From assembly GCA_963790475.1 (NCBI GenBank), contig CAWBOS010000013.1:384001-448000 (forward strand): a stretch of 64,000 nucleotides of DNA, in the 5' to 3' direction. The notes beneath the pieces were generated by a model. That model was not told the origin of the DNA and made no database searches. It saw only the letters and a list, made by a program, of their open reading frames with translations. Position numbers and translations under genes: made by a program. Of the stretch, positions 52,332-61,854 are shown piece by piece (the stretch's first letter is position 1; each line of letters begins with the position of its first letter). Source of the stretch: an uncultured delta proteobacterium. Its GTDB lineage: Bacteria; Desulfobacterota; RBG-13-43-22.

Positions 52332-53710
52332 TTCCCGATACAAAAACGGCTGAAGACCCGGTCCAGCACATCTTCGCTGGTAGTTGTTCCGATCAATGGA
52401 CCTAGTTCCTCCAGGGCTTTTTGAAGATCGAGGGCGATAAATTCAGGGGACAGGTTTTGTTCACTCAGTTGATAGGCCCTGGATAAGGAAACCACCATCT
52501 GTTCGAAAATTTGTTTTTGTCTGAGAGTGGGCATGAGGTCAGGCAAGGTCTCAGGGGCATGCGTTTGGAGAAAGAGTTCATGAAGCTTCTCTTGCAATGT
52601 TTCGATCCCTTGACCATAACGGGCCGAGATGGAAACCGTCTCCCGACCCGGGAATCTATTCTGGATGTCTTCTGAAGAGACTACCGAAGGGAGGTCCATT
52701 TTATTGAGCACGACCAACAACGGTTTATCCCCGATTTCTTGAAAGATGGCCCGGTCTTCCTCTTCGAGCAAACGGGAGGTATCAACCAAAAATAAAACGA
52801 TCTGGGCCTCTCTGACTTTTCCCCTGGTCCGCTGGATCCCGGCCTCTTCCACTTCATCCCTGGCCCGCCGAATCCCGGCGGTATCCACCAGGCGGAATGC
52901 CAGGCCCTGGAGAAGGATGGTTTCCTCAATGGTATCCCGCGTGGTCCCCGGGATGGGTGTGACAATGGCCCGCTCTTCTTTTAGAAGTTTATTCAACAGG
53001 CTGGATTTCCCGACATTAGGTTTGCCGACAATGACCAGGGAAAGCCCTTCTCGAAAGGGGCGTCCATCTTCGTAAGCCTGGATAAGTTGTGTTAACGGCC
53101 TTAAGACCCGGTCTTGAAGGTGCCGATTCCATTCTTCGCGATCCAAGATTTCCAGTTCCTCTTCAGGAAAATCGATTGCCGCCTCCAGTTGGGCCAACAA
53201 AGACAAGAGTTCTTCCTGGACACCTTTTAAAAGTTGTCGTAAATCTCCCTGGAGAAGCTTGTTGGCCTTCTCCAAAGCCTGGTCGGTTTGGGCCTGAATC
53301 AGTTCAATGATACCTTCGGCTTGGGTCAGATCGATCCGTCCATTTAAGAAAGCCCTCAGGGTGAACTCCCCGGGTTCGGCCAGACGGGCACCTCGCCCCA
53401 AGATCAGTTCCAGGACCTTTTTCAGGACTAACGGTCCGCTGTGGCAGTTAATTTCGATTATATCTTCCCGGGTGTAGGTTTGGGGGGCCTTCATATAGGT
53501 CACCAGGGTTTGATCCACAACCGTTCCTCTAACAGGATCGATGATGTTCCCCAGAGTCAGATGATGAGACGGAAAGGCCTCCCAGGAAGAGACAGAGGGG
53601 AAAAGGGGTTGGACAATGGCCACTGCCCGGGGACCGCTGATCCGGATGATTCCGATACCCCCTACTCCCACCGGGGTGGAGATTGCGGCAATGGTGTCAT
53701 GATTGGACAT
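52328..53710 (-). CDS. mnmE: tRNA modification GTPase MnmE
   Basis: DTIAAIST, GKPNVGKSS, PGTTRD, DTAG, NKMD, FCIGK. Confidence 0.97.
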   Translation of the reverse strand: MSNHDTIAAISTPVGVGGIGIIRISGPRAVAIVQPLFPSVSSWEAFPSHHLTLGNIIDPVRGTVVDQTLVTYMKAPQTYTREDIIEINCHSGPLVLKKVLELILGRGARLAEPGEFTLRAFLNGRIDLTQAEGIIELIQAQTDQALEKANKLLQGDLRQLLKGVQEELLSLLAQLEAAIDFPEEELEILDREEWNRHLQDRVLRPLTQLIQAYEDGRPFREGLSLVIVGKPNVGKSSLLNKLLKEERAIVTPIPGTTRDTIEETILLQGLAFRLVDTAGIRRARDEVEEAGIQRTRGKVREAQIVLFLVDTSRLLEEEDRAIFQEIGDKPLLVVLNKMDLPSVVSSEDIQNRFPGRETVSISARYGQGIETLQEKLHELFLQTHAPETLPDLMPTLRQKQIFEQMVVSLSRAYQLSEQNLSPEFIALDLQKALEELGPLIGTTTSEDVLDRVFSRFCIGK

Positions 53711-53720
53711 CTTTGAAACA

Positions 53721-53874
53721 AAGGTTCAAGGTATAAGGTGAAAGGTTTACGGTTTAAGGAAAAAAGTCTGATATCAAGATTGTCAGGATTATTAGAAAAA
53801 CTTTGCGTTTTGCACTTTGAATTTTATATTTTGAATTTGAAATCTTGAACCCTATACCTTGGACCTTATACCGT
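53721..53874. repeat. Nested tandem 7-mer arrays: outer AAGGTnn / nnACCTT pair enclosing a TTTTGAA-type array
   Basis: AAGGTTC AAGGTAT AAGGTGA AAGGTTT ACGGTTT ... CTTTGCG TTTTGCA CTTTGAA TTTTATA TTTTGAA ... GAACCCT ATACCTT GGACCTT ATACCGT. Confidence 0.8.
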
Positions 53875-54615
53875 TTATATTTCCGGTTCGGGGATGGGTT
53901 CTTCGGAACGATCTTTCTTAACCGCAAAAATGACCATTTTTTTCAATTGCCCCTCTCCCCGGCTAATGGTTTTGAGACTCTTATCTTTTTCCAGGGTCAA
54001 ATGAACGATGCGACGATCATGGGCATTTAAAGGACTTATAACCACCGGTTTGCCGGTCAGCTTGGCTTTGGCAGCCATCTTAAGGGCCACTTCCTCCAGA
54101 TAGCTCTTCCGGCGGCTCCGGTAGTCCCCGCTATCCAGAACGACTTTTGTTTTATCAGGGCCTTTTCGATTCAAGATCCGGGTGATTAAATACTGCAGGG
54201 CATCCAGGTTTTGCCCTCTTCGACCGATCAGGAGCCCACTGGCCTCCCCCTCGATCTTGATGTGAATGGTTTCCCTTTCTTTTTCGACCTGAAGGGTGGC
54301 TTCTAATCCCATCAGTTTCAGAAGGTCTTGAGTCAGGGTTTTAGCTTCTTCAACCCTATCAACTTCAGACGGCAAAACAGACAAAGAATCAGACATGATT
54401 GGGGTGGGGGGTTGGGTTTCGGGAACTATCTCCAGCAAATCTTTTTTAATCGTGGCCCGAACCCTGGCCTTTTTGGAACCCATGAGGCCGAAGATTCCGG
54501 TGGAGCCGGAATTGAGGACTTCTATCTCTAATTTTTCTCTGGGAACATTCAATTGATTACAGGCTGCCTCAACCGCCTCTTCGACGGATTTTCCTTCTGT
54601 TTCAAGGGATGCCAT
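53875..54615 (-). CDS. jag: Jag/EloR RNA-binding protein (Jag_N-KH-R3H)
   Basis: GKSVEEAV, LIGRRGQNLDALQ, RRIVH. Confidence 0.93.
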   Translation of the reverse strand: MASLETEGKSVEEAVEAACNQLNVPREKLEIEVLNSGSTGIFGLMGSKKARVRATIKKDLLEIVPETQPPTPIMSDSLSVLPSEVDRVEEAKTLTQDLLKLMGLEATLQVEKERETIHIKIEGEASGLLIGRRGQNLDALQYLITRILNRKGPDKTKVVLDSGDYRSRRKSYLEEVALKMAAKAKLTGKPVVISPLNAHDRRIVHLTLEKDKSLKTISRGEGQLKKMVIFAVKKDRSEEPIPEPEI

Positions 54616-54637
54616 GAGTCATCACCTCCGCTTTTGA

Positions 54638-56290
54638 TCAGTTGACATACTTGTTGATATAATATTGTTGCCCGATAGAAAGGACATTATTGACCAACCA
54701 ATATAAGACCAGACCGGCAGCAAAATTAATAAACATAAAAGTGAAAATAACCGGCAAAAAAAGCATCATCTTAGCTTGGGTCGGATCGCCCGTGGTCGGG
54801 GTCATCTTTTGCTGAATAAACATCGAAGCCCCCATGAGTAAAGTTAAAACCGGTATTCCATTGCCGACGTAAGGAATTGGGATTCCTATTGATAAGCGGT
54901 CCGGGGCCGAAAGATCATTTATCCACAGAAAAAACGGGGCATGCCGGAGTTCAATGGCATAGCCCAATAAACTATAAAGGGCGAAAAAAACCGGAATCTG
55001 AATGATCATCGGCAGACACCCCCCCAGGGGGTTGACCTTGTAGGTTTTATAAAGGGCCATCGTCTCCTGATTCAGTTTTTCCTTATTATCTTTATATTTT
55101 TCCCTTAGCTTGGCTATTTTCGGTTGAATTTTTTGCATGTCCTTCATGGACTTGTAGCTTTTATGGGTCAAAGGCCAAAATAGAATTTTGACCAGTATGG
55201 TCAGGAGGATAATTGACCAGCCGTAATTGTGCAGAAATCCATTAAAAAAACGTAATACCCATAATAACGGCTTGGAGACAATGTCGAAAAAGCCGAAATT
55301 GACCGCTTTTTCCAGATCCAATCCCAAAGGTTGCAATATCTGGGTGTCTCTTGGCCCGAAATACACCGCGTACCGAATCCGTTTTTGTTCTTTGGGAGCC
55401 AAAGTCCAGGGTGGAGCCACAAAGGTCATTTTTAAAAATTCCGGGGCCGGTTTGGAAATTTTGAGACTGACAATCTGTTGCTCTTCCAGGGGAGCTATTG
55501 CCCCCATGAAATAAGTGTCGGCCAGGGCACCCCATTTGATCTTTCCGGTCAGCACCTCTTCTTTGTCGATCTTCCCCAAAGGTGTTTGTTTGTATTTATC
55601 GTCAATGAACCGCAAAGCCCCATGAAAAGCGCGTGAATTGTCGGATGAAGGGGGAAACCGGTTTTCCAGCACCAGGGCCAGATTATCGTCCAGAGGCTGA
55701 GCGGTGTTATTGATCACCTGAACATCCAAATCGATCCGGTAGGAATCGTTGGACAGGGTATAATTCTTAATGATGGTCAGACCCTGCTTGGAAGTCCAGC
55801 GAAAAGACAACGTGCCTTTAGGTTGTTCGGGACTTAGAATCAGCGAGTCTTTGTTGGCCGCAAACAGGGCCTGGGTGATTTCCGGCTGAGATTTTTTTAT
55901 CCACTCCAATTGCAAGGGGGAGGATGCCGGTTGATCGGCATGAATCAATTCTTTGGGATCTTTTTCTCCCAATTTTTCTTTGTAAGCAGTCAATTTGAGG
56001 CTTTTTAAAACGGCGCCTTCTTCTGAAAAAATGGCTTCAAACCATTTGGTCTTAACAACGATATCCCTGCCTATTTTTTCAGGGAGAGCCGTCTTCACCT
56101 CAGCAGGGGTAGCCGGTGTCTCAGTCGCCGAAGAAGGCTGCTGGATCGTGGGAGATTCCTTCTGAGCTGGAACCGTTTGAACGCCCTGATCCTTTGGGGG
56201 CCTTATCGGCTCCTTAGGACTGAAAAACAGGAAGTAGGCGCCAAAAACCGCCATAGATAGTAAAAAAGCTATAATTGCATTTTTTTCCAT
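54638..56290 (-). CDS. yidC: Membrane protein insertase YidC
   Basis: NYGWSII, GGCLP, ELRHAPF, DLSAPD, GLVLYW. Confidence 0.96.
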   Translation of the reverse strand: MEKNAIIAFLLSMAVFGAYFLFFSPKEPIRPPKDQGVQTVPAQKESPTIQQPSSATETPATPAEVKTALPEKIGRDIVVKTKWFEAIFSEEGAVLKSLKLTAYKEKLGEKDPKELIHADQPASSPLQLEWIKKSQPEITQALFAANKDSLILSPEQPKGTLSFRWTSKQGLTIIKNYTLSNDSYRIDLDVQVINNTAQPLDDNLALVLENRFPPSSDNSRAFHGALRFIDDKYKQTPLGKIDKEEVLTGKIKWGALADTYFMGAIAPLEEQQIVSLKISKPAPEFLKMTFVAPPWTLAPKEQKRIRYAVYFGPRDTQILQPLGLDLEKAVNFGFFDIVSKPLLWVLRFFNGFLHNYGWSIILLTILVKILFWPLTHKSYKSMKDMQKIQPKIAKLREKYKDNKEKLNQETMALYKTYKVNPLGGCLPMIIQIPVFFALYSLLGYAIELRHAPFFLWINDLSAPDRLSIGIPIPYVGNGIPVLTLLMGASMFIQQKMTPTTGDPTQAKMMLFLPVIFTFMFINFAAGLVLYWLVNNVLSIGQQYYINKYVN

Positions 56291-56320
56291 AAAAACTCCA
56301 AAAAATAGAGAGAAATGTCC

Positions 56321-56554
56321 TTAGGGTAATGGATCCAATCCGCCCGAACAGAAAGGATGGCATCTCCCAATCCTTTTCAAGGACAGAAATAATCCCTTGA
56401 TTAACCCATATGTTTGAATAGCCTGGAAAGAGTATTCAGAACAGGTGGGGTAAAACCGGCAGGAAGACGGAAAAAGGGGGGATAGGATTTTTTGATACAC
56501 CCGTATCCCGCATAAAAAAAATCCCTGAAGGACATGGACCAAGAGTCCCATCAA
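56321..56554 (-). CDS. yidD: Membrane protein insertion efficiency factor
   Basis: CRFYPTCSEY, RCHPF, GGLDP. Confidence 0.93.
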   Translation of the reverse strand: MMGLLVHVLQGFFLCGIRVYQKILSPLFPSSCRFYPTCSEYSFQAIQTYGLIKGLFLSLKRIGRCHPFCSGGLDPLP

Positions 56555-56883
56555 ACCAGCAGGGGGGTCAACTCTTCGAAAACCTGACGATATGTTAATG
56601 GGTCTGATCCTTTTAAGGCAATGATAATGATATCCCGGGAAGAAGGAAACTTATTATGGGACCGTCTAAAAAATTCTCGCAAAAGACGTTTGATGCGGTT
56701 TCGCCGGACCGCTCCCCCGGTATTTTTCCCGACCGTCAAACCCAAACGGGTTCGTCCAAGATGATTGGGTTTTATGATCACCACGAAATGGGGAAAAGCA
56801 ATTTTTCGATCCGTTTTGGATCTCCGAAGAAAATCGCTCCGTTTCAGTATCCTTACTTCTTTGGGAAAAAGAAACGGTTTCAT
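56551..56883 (-). CDS. rnpA: Ribonuclease P protein component
   Basis: RLGLTV, AVRRNRIKRLLRE. Confidence 0.94.
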   Translation of the reverse strand: MKPFLFPKEVRILKRSDFLRRSKTDRKIAFPHFVVIIKPNHLGRTRLGLTVGKNTGGAVRRNRIKRLLREFFRRSHNKFPSSRDIIIIALKGSDPLTYRQVFEELTPLLV

Positions 56884-56915
56884 CGAATTGATAAAAAAGG
56901 GGCCTTCCCTGGTTC

Positions 56916-57050
56916 TCAGACCGATAGCCTTTTTCTTCCCTTGGCCCGCCTTCTTTTAATTACCTTACGCCCCCCGGCAGTGCTCATTCGGACTAAGAAC
57001 CCGTGTGTCCTGGATCGTTTCAGGTTGCTGGGTTGAAATGTTCTTTTCAT
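56916..57050 (-). CDS. rpmH: 50S ribosomal protein L34 (not in the ORF track)
   Basis: Manual translation [44 protein letters not shown]. Confidence 0.97.
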   Translation of the reverse strand: MKRTFQPSNLKRSRTHGFLVRMSTAGGRKVIKRRRAKGRKRLSV

Positions 57051-57317
57051 AAATACCACATCCCCTCAAATTGAAGATAAACTTAATTTAAACCATAGGT
57101 TGTATTTATTGTCAAGCTTTATTTAACATTCCTTTTAATCTCTGTTCGAGAGACCGATCGGTCAATTCAACCAGTACGGTCAATAAATCAGTCGGTTGCC
57201 TCCTACAGGTCGGCCATGGGATGGCCTCTAATGGCTATGCTCCTTTCCCCTGCCCTCTAAGTCATATAGAACAGAGGCTTGTTCTGTTATCTCCGGAGGG
57301 GAGATCTACTTTGATGT

Positions 57318-59045
57318 TTATTTTCCTGAAGAAACTGAAGAGGAAACCTTGATATCTTTGATCCGTAATTCAAGTCTGGGGGTGGAATTATATTCGGATA
57401 TAAAAGGGGTATAGGCCAGGTCGATAATGTCGCCGGGTTTCAGCTTTGTATCTCCCAGTCCGAACCCGATGCCTTCAATCAAGATCCCTTTATGCTCCAG
57501 CTTTAACCGAAGATGTCCCTTGCCGACCAGTCGGAAGGATTTGACCCCGACTTGCCGGGTTGCCAGGAGGGGTTCAGGATTTTTTGATCCAAATGGCCCC
57601 AATTTCGATAGAAAGGGGACAATTTCTTTTACCAAATCGGGAAAATCTATCTCTCCTTCAATGGTGAGTGCTGGAATGAACGCGATTTCTGATACCGAAC
57701 TTTTAACCAGGTCTTCAAAAACCTGCTCAAATACTTTAAGATCCTTAATCATTAAGGAGGCCCCGGCCGCCGCCGCATGACCCCCGAAGCCTAAGAGATA
57801 TTCTTCCAAGACTTCCAGCCCCTTAAACAAATGGAATCCTTCAACGCTACGGCCTGATCCATGAGCGATCTCCCCTTCCATGGAAAATAAAAAAACCGGT
57901 TTCGACAACCGCTCCACTAATCTCGAAGCCACCAATCCCAAGATACCTCGATGCCAGGTCTCTGACCCCAACACCAGACTTTTTCTTTGTTCCAATCCAT
58001 CTTTGGCCTGCAGGAGTTCATCAATCTCCTTGAGCATGCCTTGCTCCATGATCTGACGACGGCTGTTTTCCTGATTCATTAACCGGGCCAGTTCTCCGGC
58101 AACTGTTTCATCATCCGTGGTCAATAAACGAACTCCTCCCTCGGCCTCCAGCACCCGGCCCAGAGCATTAATTCGCGGGGCCAGGCGAAAGGCGATATCA
58201 AAAGCTGAAAGCCTTCTTTCAGGTGGAATTCCGCAAACTTCTTTTAAAGCCGTCAACCCGACCTGCGGAGTTCGGGCCAAGACCTCCAAACCCTCTCGAA
58301 CCAAAATACGATTGACCCCCAGCAAGGGAACCACATCGGCCACTGTGCCCAAGGCAACCAAATCAAGATAAGCCCTCAGGTTGGGTTTTCCCTTTGGAAA
58401 AAAACCCTGCAAATCCAACGCCTGGCGCAGTGCAATAATCAGATAAAAAGCGACCCCCACTCCGGCCAGTTCTTTAAAAGGAAAGTCGCAGCCTTCCTGT
58501 TTGGGATTGAGAACGGCAACGGCCGAAGGGATTCCTTTCTTAGAAATCTGGTGATGATCGGTCACGATGACATCCAGACCCTGATTCTTGGCCCATTCCA
58601 GTTCCTGATGATTGGTAATGCCGCAATCCACGGTGATGATCAAGGAAACCCCTTGTTCTTTTAACCGGGTGATCCCGGGGATCGAAAGGCCGTATCCTTC
58701 GCGGACGCGGTGAGGGATATAGAAAAGAATTTCCGAAAAAAAGGAATTTAAGAAATGGATCAAAAGGGCCGTGGCCGTCACCCCATCGGCATCATAATCC
58801 CCGAAGACGGCTATGTGTTCCCGCCGCTGGATGGCTTTCAGAATACGATTAACGGCCTTATTCATATCTTTCATCAGGGCCGGATCAGGAAGGTGCAGTA
58901 AAGCCGGAGAGAGGAAATCCCTGGCCTGATCGGTCAGATACAAACCCCGGTTGATCAAAAGCTGGGCCACTATTAAAGGGAGGTTTAGTGCCTTGGCTAA
59001 AGGTTCGGCATGATGGGAATCAAAAGGGATAACGTTCCATTCCAT
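57318..59045 (-). CDS. recJ: Single-stranded-DNA exonuclease RecJ
   Basis: GDYDADG, EGYG, TVDCG, TDHH, LGTVAD, GSGRS, GGHAAAAG. Confidence 0.96.
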   Translation of the reverse strand: MEWNVIPFDSHHAEPLAKALNLPLIVAQLLINRGLYLTDQARDFLSPALLHLPDPALMKDMNKAVNRILKAIQRREHIAVFGDYDADGVTATALLIHFLNSFFSEILFYIPHRVREGYGLSIPGITRLKEQGVSLIITVDCGITNHQELEWAKNQGLDVIVTDHHQISKKGIPSAVAVLNPKQEGCDFPFKELAGVGVAFYLIIALRQALDLQGFFPKGKPNLRAYLDLVALGTVADVVPLLGVNRILVREGLEVLARTPQVGLTALKEVCGIPPERRLSAFDIAFRLAPRINALGRVLEAEGGVRLLTTDDETVAGELARLMNQENSRRQIMEQGMLKEIDELLQAKDGLEQRKSLVLGSETWHRGILGLVASRLVERLSKPVFLFSMEGEIAHGSGRSVEGFHLFKGLEVLEEYLLGFGGHAAAAGASLMIKDLKVFEQVFEDLVKSSVSEIAFIPALTIEGEIDFPDLVKEIVPFLSKLGPFGSKNPEPLLATRQVGVKSFRLVGKGHLRLKLEHKGILIEGIGFGLGDTKLKPGDIIDLAYTPFISEYNSTPRLELRIKDIKVSSSVSSGK

Positions 59046-59280
59046 GGACCTACCTTACTTCAGCTTTCCTGGAGGTTCAAGAGAGAATTGATTTTTCATT
59101 GTCAACTCATTTTAAATACAATATAATTTTTTTTCCGACTCTGACTTAAAGATATCCGAATTTAGGGATGGTCTTAAAGGGCCTTGCTTGGGGAGATTGT
59201 CAACCCCTATGCCCCTTGCATAAAATGTTAGAGCAAAAACCTCAGGCAACAAATTGCAGAAATCTAAAAGAGGGAACGCC

Positions 59281-60682
59281 ATGAACTCCGATCATTCCTC
59301 AATACTCAAAAAAATACCTTCAATGACCCTGCTTGTGGAAGAACCGGAGTTTGAAAAATTGCTGTCCCAGGCTTCCCGAAAGTACCTGGTGGAAGTGATT
59401 CGCGAGGTCTTGGCGGAAAAAAGAAAATTAATCCTTTCGGGTCATGAACCGGATCTCGACCTGCCTACCCTGTGGAGAGAAGTCGAGATCAAATTAGAGG
59501 CCAAGGGCGCCTATCACCTGCGCCGGGTAATCAATGGAACCGGAGTTGTTATTCATACCAATCTGGGACGGTCGTTGCTGGCCGCTCAAGCCCTGGAGCA
59601 GATCCAAATGACGGCTCAATTTTATTCCAATCTGGAATTCGACCTGGAAGCCGGTCAACGGGGCAGCCGTTACAGTCACGTGGAAGATCTTCTGATCGAA
59701 CTCACCGGGGCCGAGGCCGCCCTGGTGGTCAATAATAACGCGGCCGCCGTTTTATTATCCTTGGACACTCTCGGCTAAGGGAAAAGAGGTTATTGTCTCC
59801 CGCGGGCAATTAGTGGAAATTGGAGGATCTTTCCGTATTCCCGAGGTCATGAGCCCGCAGTGGAGCCTTCTTGCGGGAAGTGGGAACGACCAATAAGACC
59901 CATCTGCGGGATTATGAAGCCGTTTTATCGGAACAGACCGCCCTGTTGCTCAAGGTCCATACCAGTAACTATCGAATCGTGGGCTTCACGGCCGAGGTCC
60001 CGCTGGAAGACCTGGTGGCCCTGGGACAACGTCACAACATACCCGTCATGGAAGATTTAGGCAGCGGGAGTTTTGTCGATGTCTCCAGGTTCGGTCTGGA
60101 AAAGGAACCCACCGTTGTTGAAGTGGTCCGGGCTGGTGCCGATGTGGTTACCTTCAGTGGAGACAAACTTTTAGGCGGACCCCAGGCCGGTATTATTGTC
60201 GGCCGGAAGAATTATATTCAGGCCTTGCGCAGCAACCCCTTGAACCGGGCCTTGCGAATCGACAAACTGACCCTGGCGGCCCTGGAAGCCACGTTAAAAT
60301 TATATCGAAACGAAGAACAAGCCTTACGAGACATACCTACACTGGCTCGATTGAGTATTTCCCTGCGCGAACTTCATGAACGGGCCAAAAGCCTCCATCG
60401 TCTCCTTAAAAAAAATCTCGTTTCAGGAATGAGCATAACAATCATTCCCACAACCTCCCAGGTGGGAGGCGGGGCGCTCCCCTTATCTTATATGAATTCT
60501 TATGCCCTGTCCTTCTCTTCGGAGGGGAGTCCATTTCTGAACTGGAAAATAAGTTTCGCTCCTTTTCCCCGCCCATTATCGGACGGATCGAGAAAGAACG
60601 TTTCCTTCTGGACGTCCGCACGCTGCAGAAGGAGGATTTTCAGCCTATCGCCCGATGCTTGAAGCAATGCCTGAATTCTTAA
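59281..60682 (+). pseudogene. selA: L-seryl-tRNA(Sec) selenium transferase, three single-base frameshifts (about 59773, 59852 and 60527)
   Basis: [69 protein letters not shown]; probably sequencing errors. Confidence 0.92.
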
Positions 60683-60758
60683 TTAGTTTCACCCAGAGGA
60701 TTTTTCCTCTTTTTCCCTTTATCAATGGTGATGGATCTGTAAAAAATCGTCACCCCAT

Positions 60759-61056
60759 CTATGTTGAAAAGCAAGTCTTTTTAAATCAATCTTCTATTAA
60801 CAGACGATATCTCCGAATGGATAGCTGCATTACTTTGATTATATTTTAAAGCGTGGGCACGAAGTCTGGCGAAGAGCAGACATGCATCTGACGATACGCT
60901 GCAGGGGGTGACCAGCGTTTCCCACGAAACCGATTTATCGGATTGGTTGCAGCCGCAGTCCGGTCATTATTGAACCGCACCCGGAACATATTCCGTTTGG
61001 TTCTTTAATACATAACGAATGCGGTTCAGGAGTCTTCGGGCGATCATGACGACAAT
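60759..61056 (-). mobile_element. IS110-family element right-end relic: last ~29 codons of the transposase plus ~200-nt downstream non-coding end
   Basis: Manual translation 61056..60967 IVVMIARRLLNRIRYVLKNQTEYVPGAVQ* (IS110 C-terminal ARKL-type motif); followed by a non-coding tract ending CTTGCTTTTCAACATAG. Confidence 0.7.
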
Positions 61057-61092
61057 TGGGGGATGTCAAGAAGGAACTTCTCCAATTTCCCC

Positions 61093-61854
61093 CTATTTTA
61101 TCCACAGGGATAATAACATCACCCCTGCCATTATAATAACTGGAATCAAATGAAGAAAGGGTATTTTAGATAGGCGGGAAGGCAGGTTATGGTTCTCCTG
61201 ATATCCTCTGGCCACCAGAGCGAAAGTCACCTCTTCCACATCGAGAATGGACCGGCGCAGAATAGGCAGGGCCATAAATTTTGCTTTCCGAAAGGGATTG
61301 TGGTTTCGATCCCCCAGGCGCGCCAGGTGAGCTGCCCTGACTTCATCGACCTGGTCCATTATCCGCGAAAAGAATCTTAAGGTCAGGGAAACCATCAGAC
61401 CAATTCGGCGCTCAGGCAAAAAAGGAATAGGCTTCAAGATCCAAACCAAGGCCTCGCCTAAATCTCGCGGGCGGGTGACCGCAGTAAAAAGAACGGCATA
61501 ACCGATCATCAGCCCCATTCGCCAGGAGGTCAGTCCTCCCTGAAGGAGACCTTTCTTACTAACGGGCAGCCAGGGGAAAAAAGAATATCGATCTCCGGGG
61601 GTCAGAAAAATCTGAAAAAGAAAGAGGGCCAGAAGAAAAATCGCCCAGAATCTTAAATCCTTAAAGAATAATCCGAAAGGCAAGCGGGAAAGAAAAAAGA
61701 GAGCCAATATAAGAATCGAATCAATCAGGAACCAAAAAATCGAGGTTTGAATCAGGGTGCCGGTAACCAGCAATAGTCCGAAAAATTTGCAGCGGGCATC
61801 CCAACCATGAAGCAAGGAGTCTCCCGGAAGATAGTGAAAAGCTATTCGAGCCAA
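61093..61854 (-). CDS. ECF transporter transmembrane component T
   Basis: SLLHGWDARCK, twin ARL/ARG motifs, multiple TMs; TTG 61854 after GGAGG. Confidence 0.9.
   Translation of the reverse strand: MARIAFHYLPGDSLLHGWDARCKFFGLLLVTGTLIQTSIFWFLIDSILILALFFLSRLPFGLFFKDLRFWAIFLLALFLFQIFLTPGDRYSFFPWLPVSKKGLLQGGLTSWRMGLMIGYAVLFTAVTRPRDLGEALVWILKPIPFLPERRIGLMVSLTLRFFSRIMDQVDEVRAAHLARLGDRNHNPFRKAKFMALPILRRSILDVEEVTFALVARGYQENHNLPSRLSKIPFLHLIPVIIMAGVMLLSLWIK

Noticed and set aside
54919-54927. DnaA box TTATCCACA (another near 61099) as an oriC marker
   Set aside because: Isolated single boxes inside coding sequence, with no cluster and no dnaA.
60655-60849. 64-aa ORF after selA
   Set aside because: It overlaps the true selA end and the IS110 terminus; no RBS or motif.
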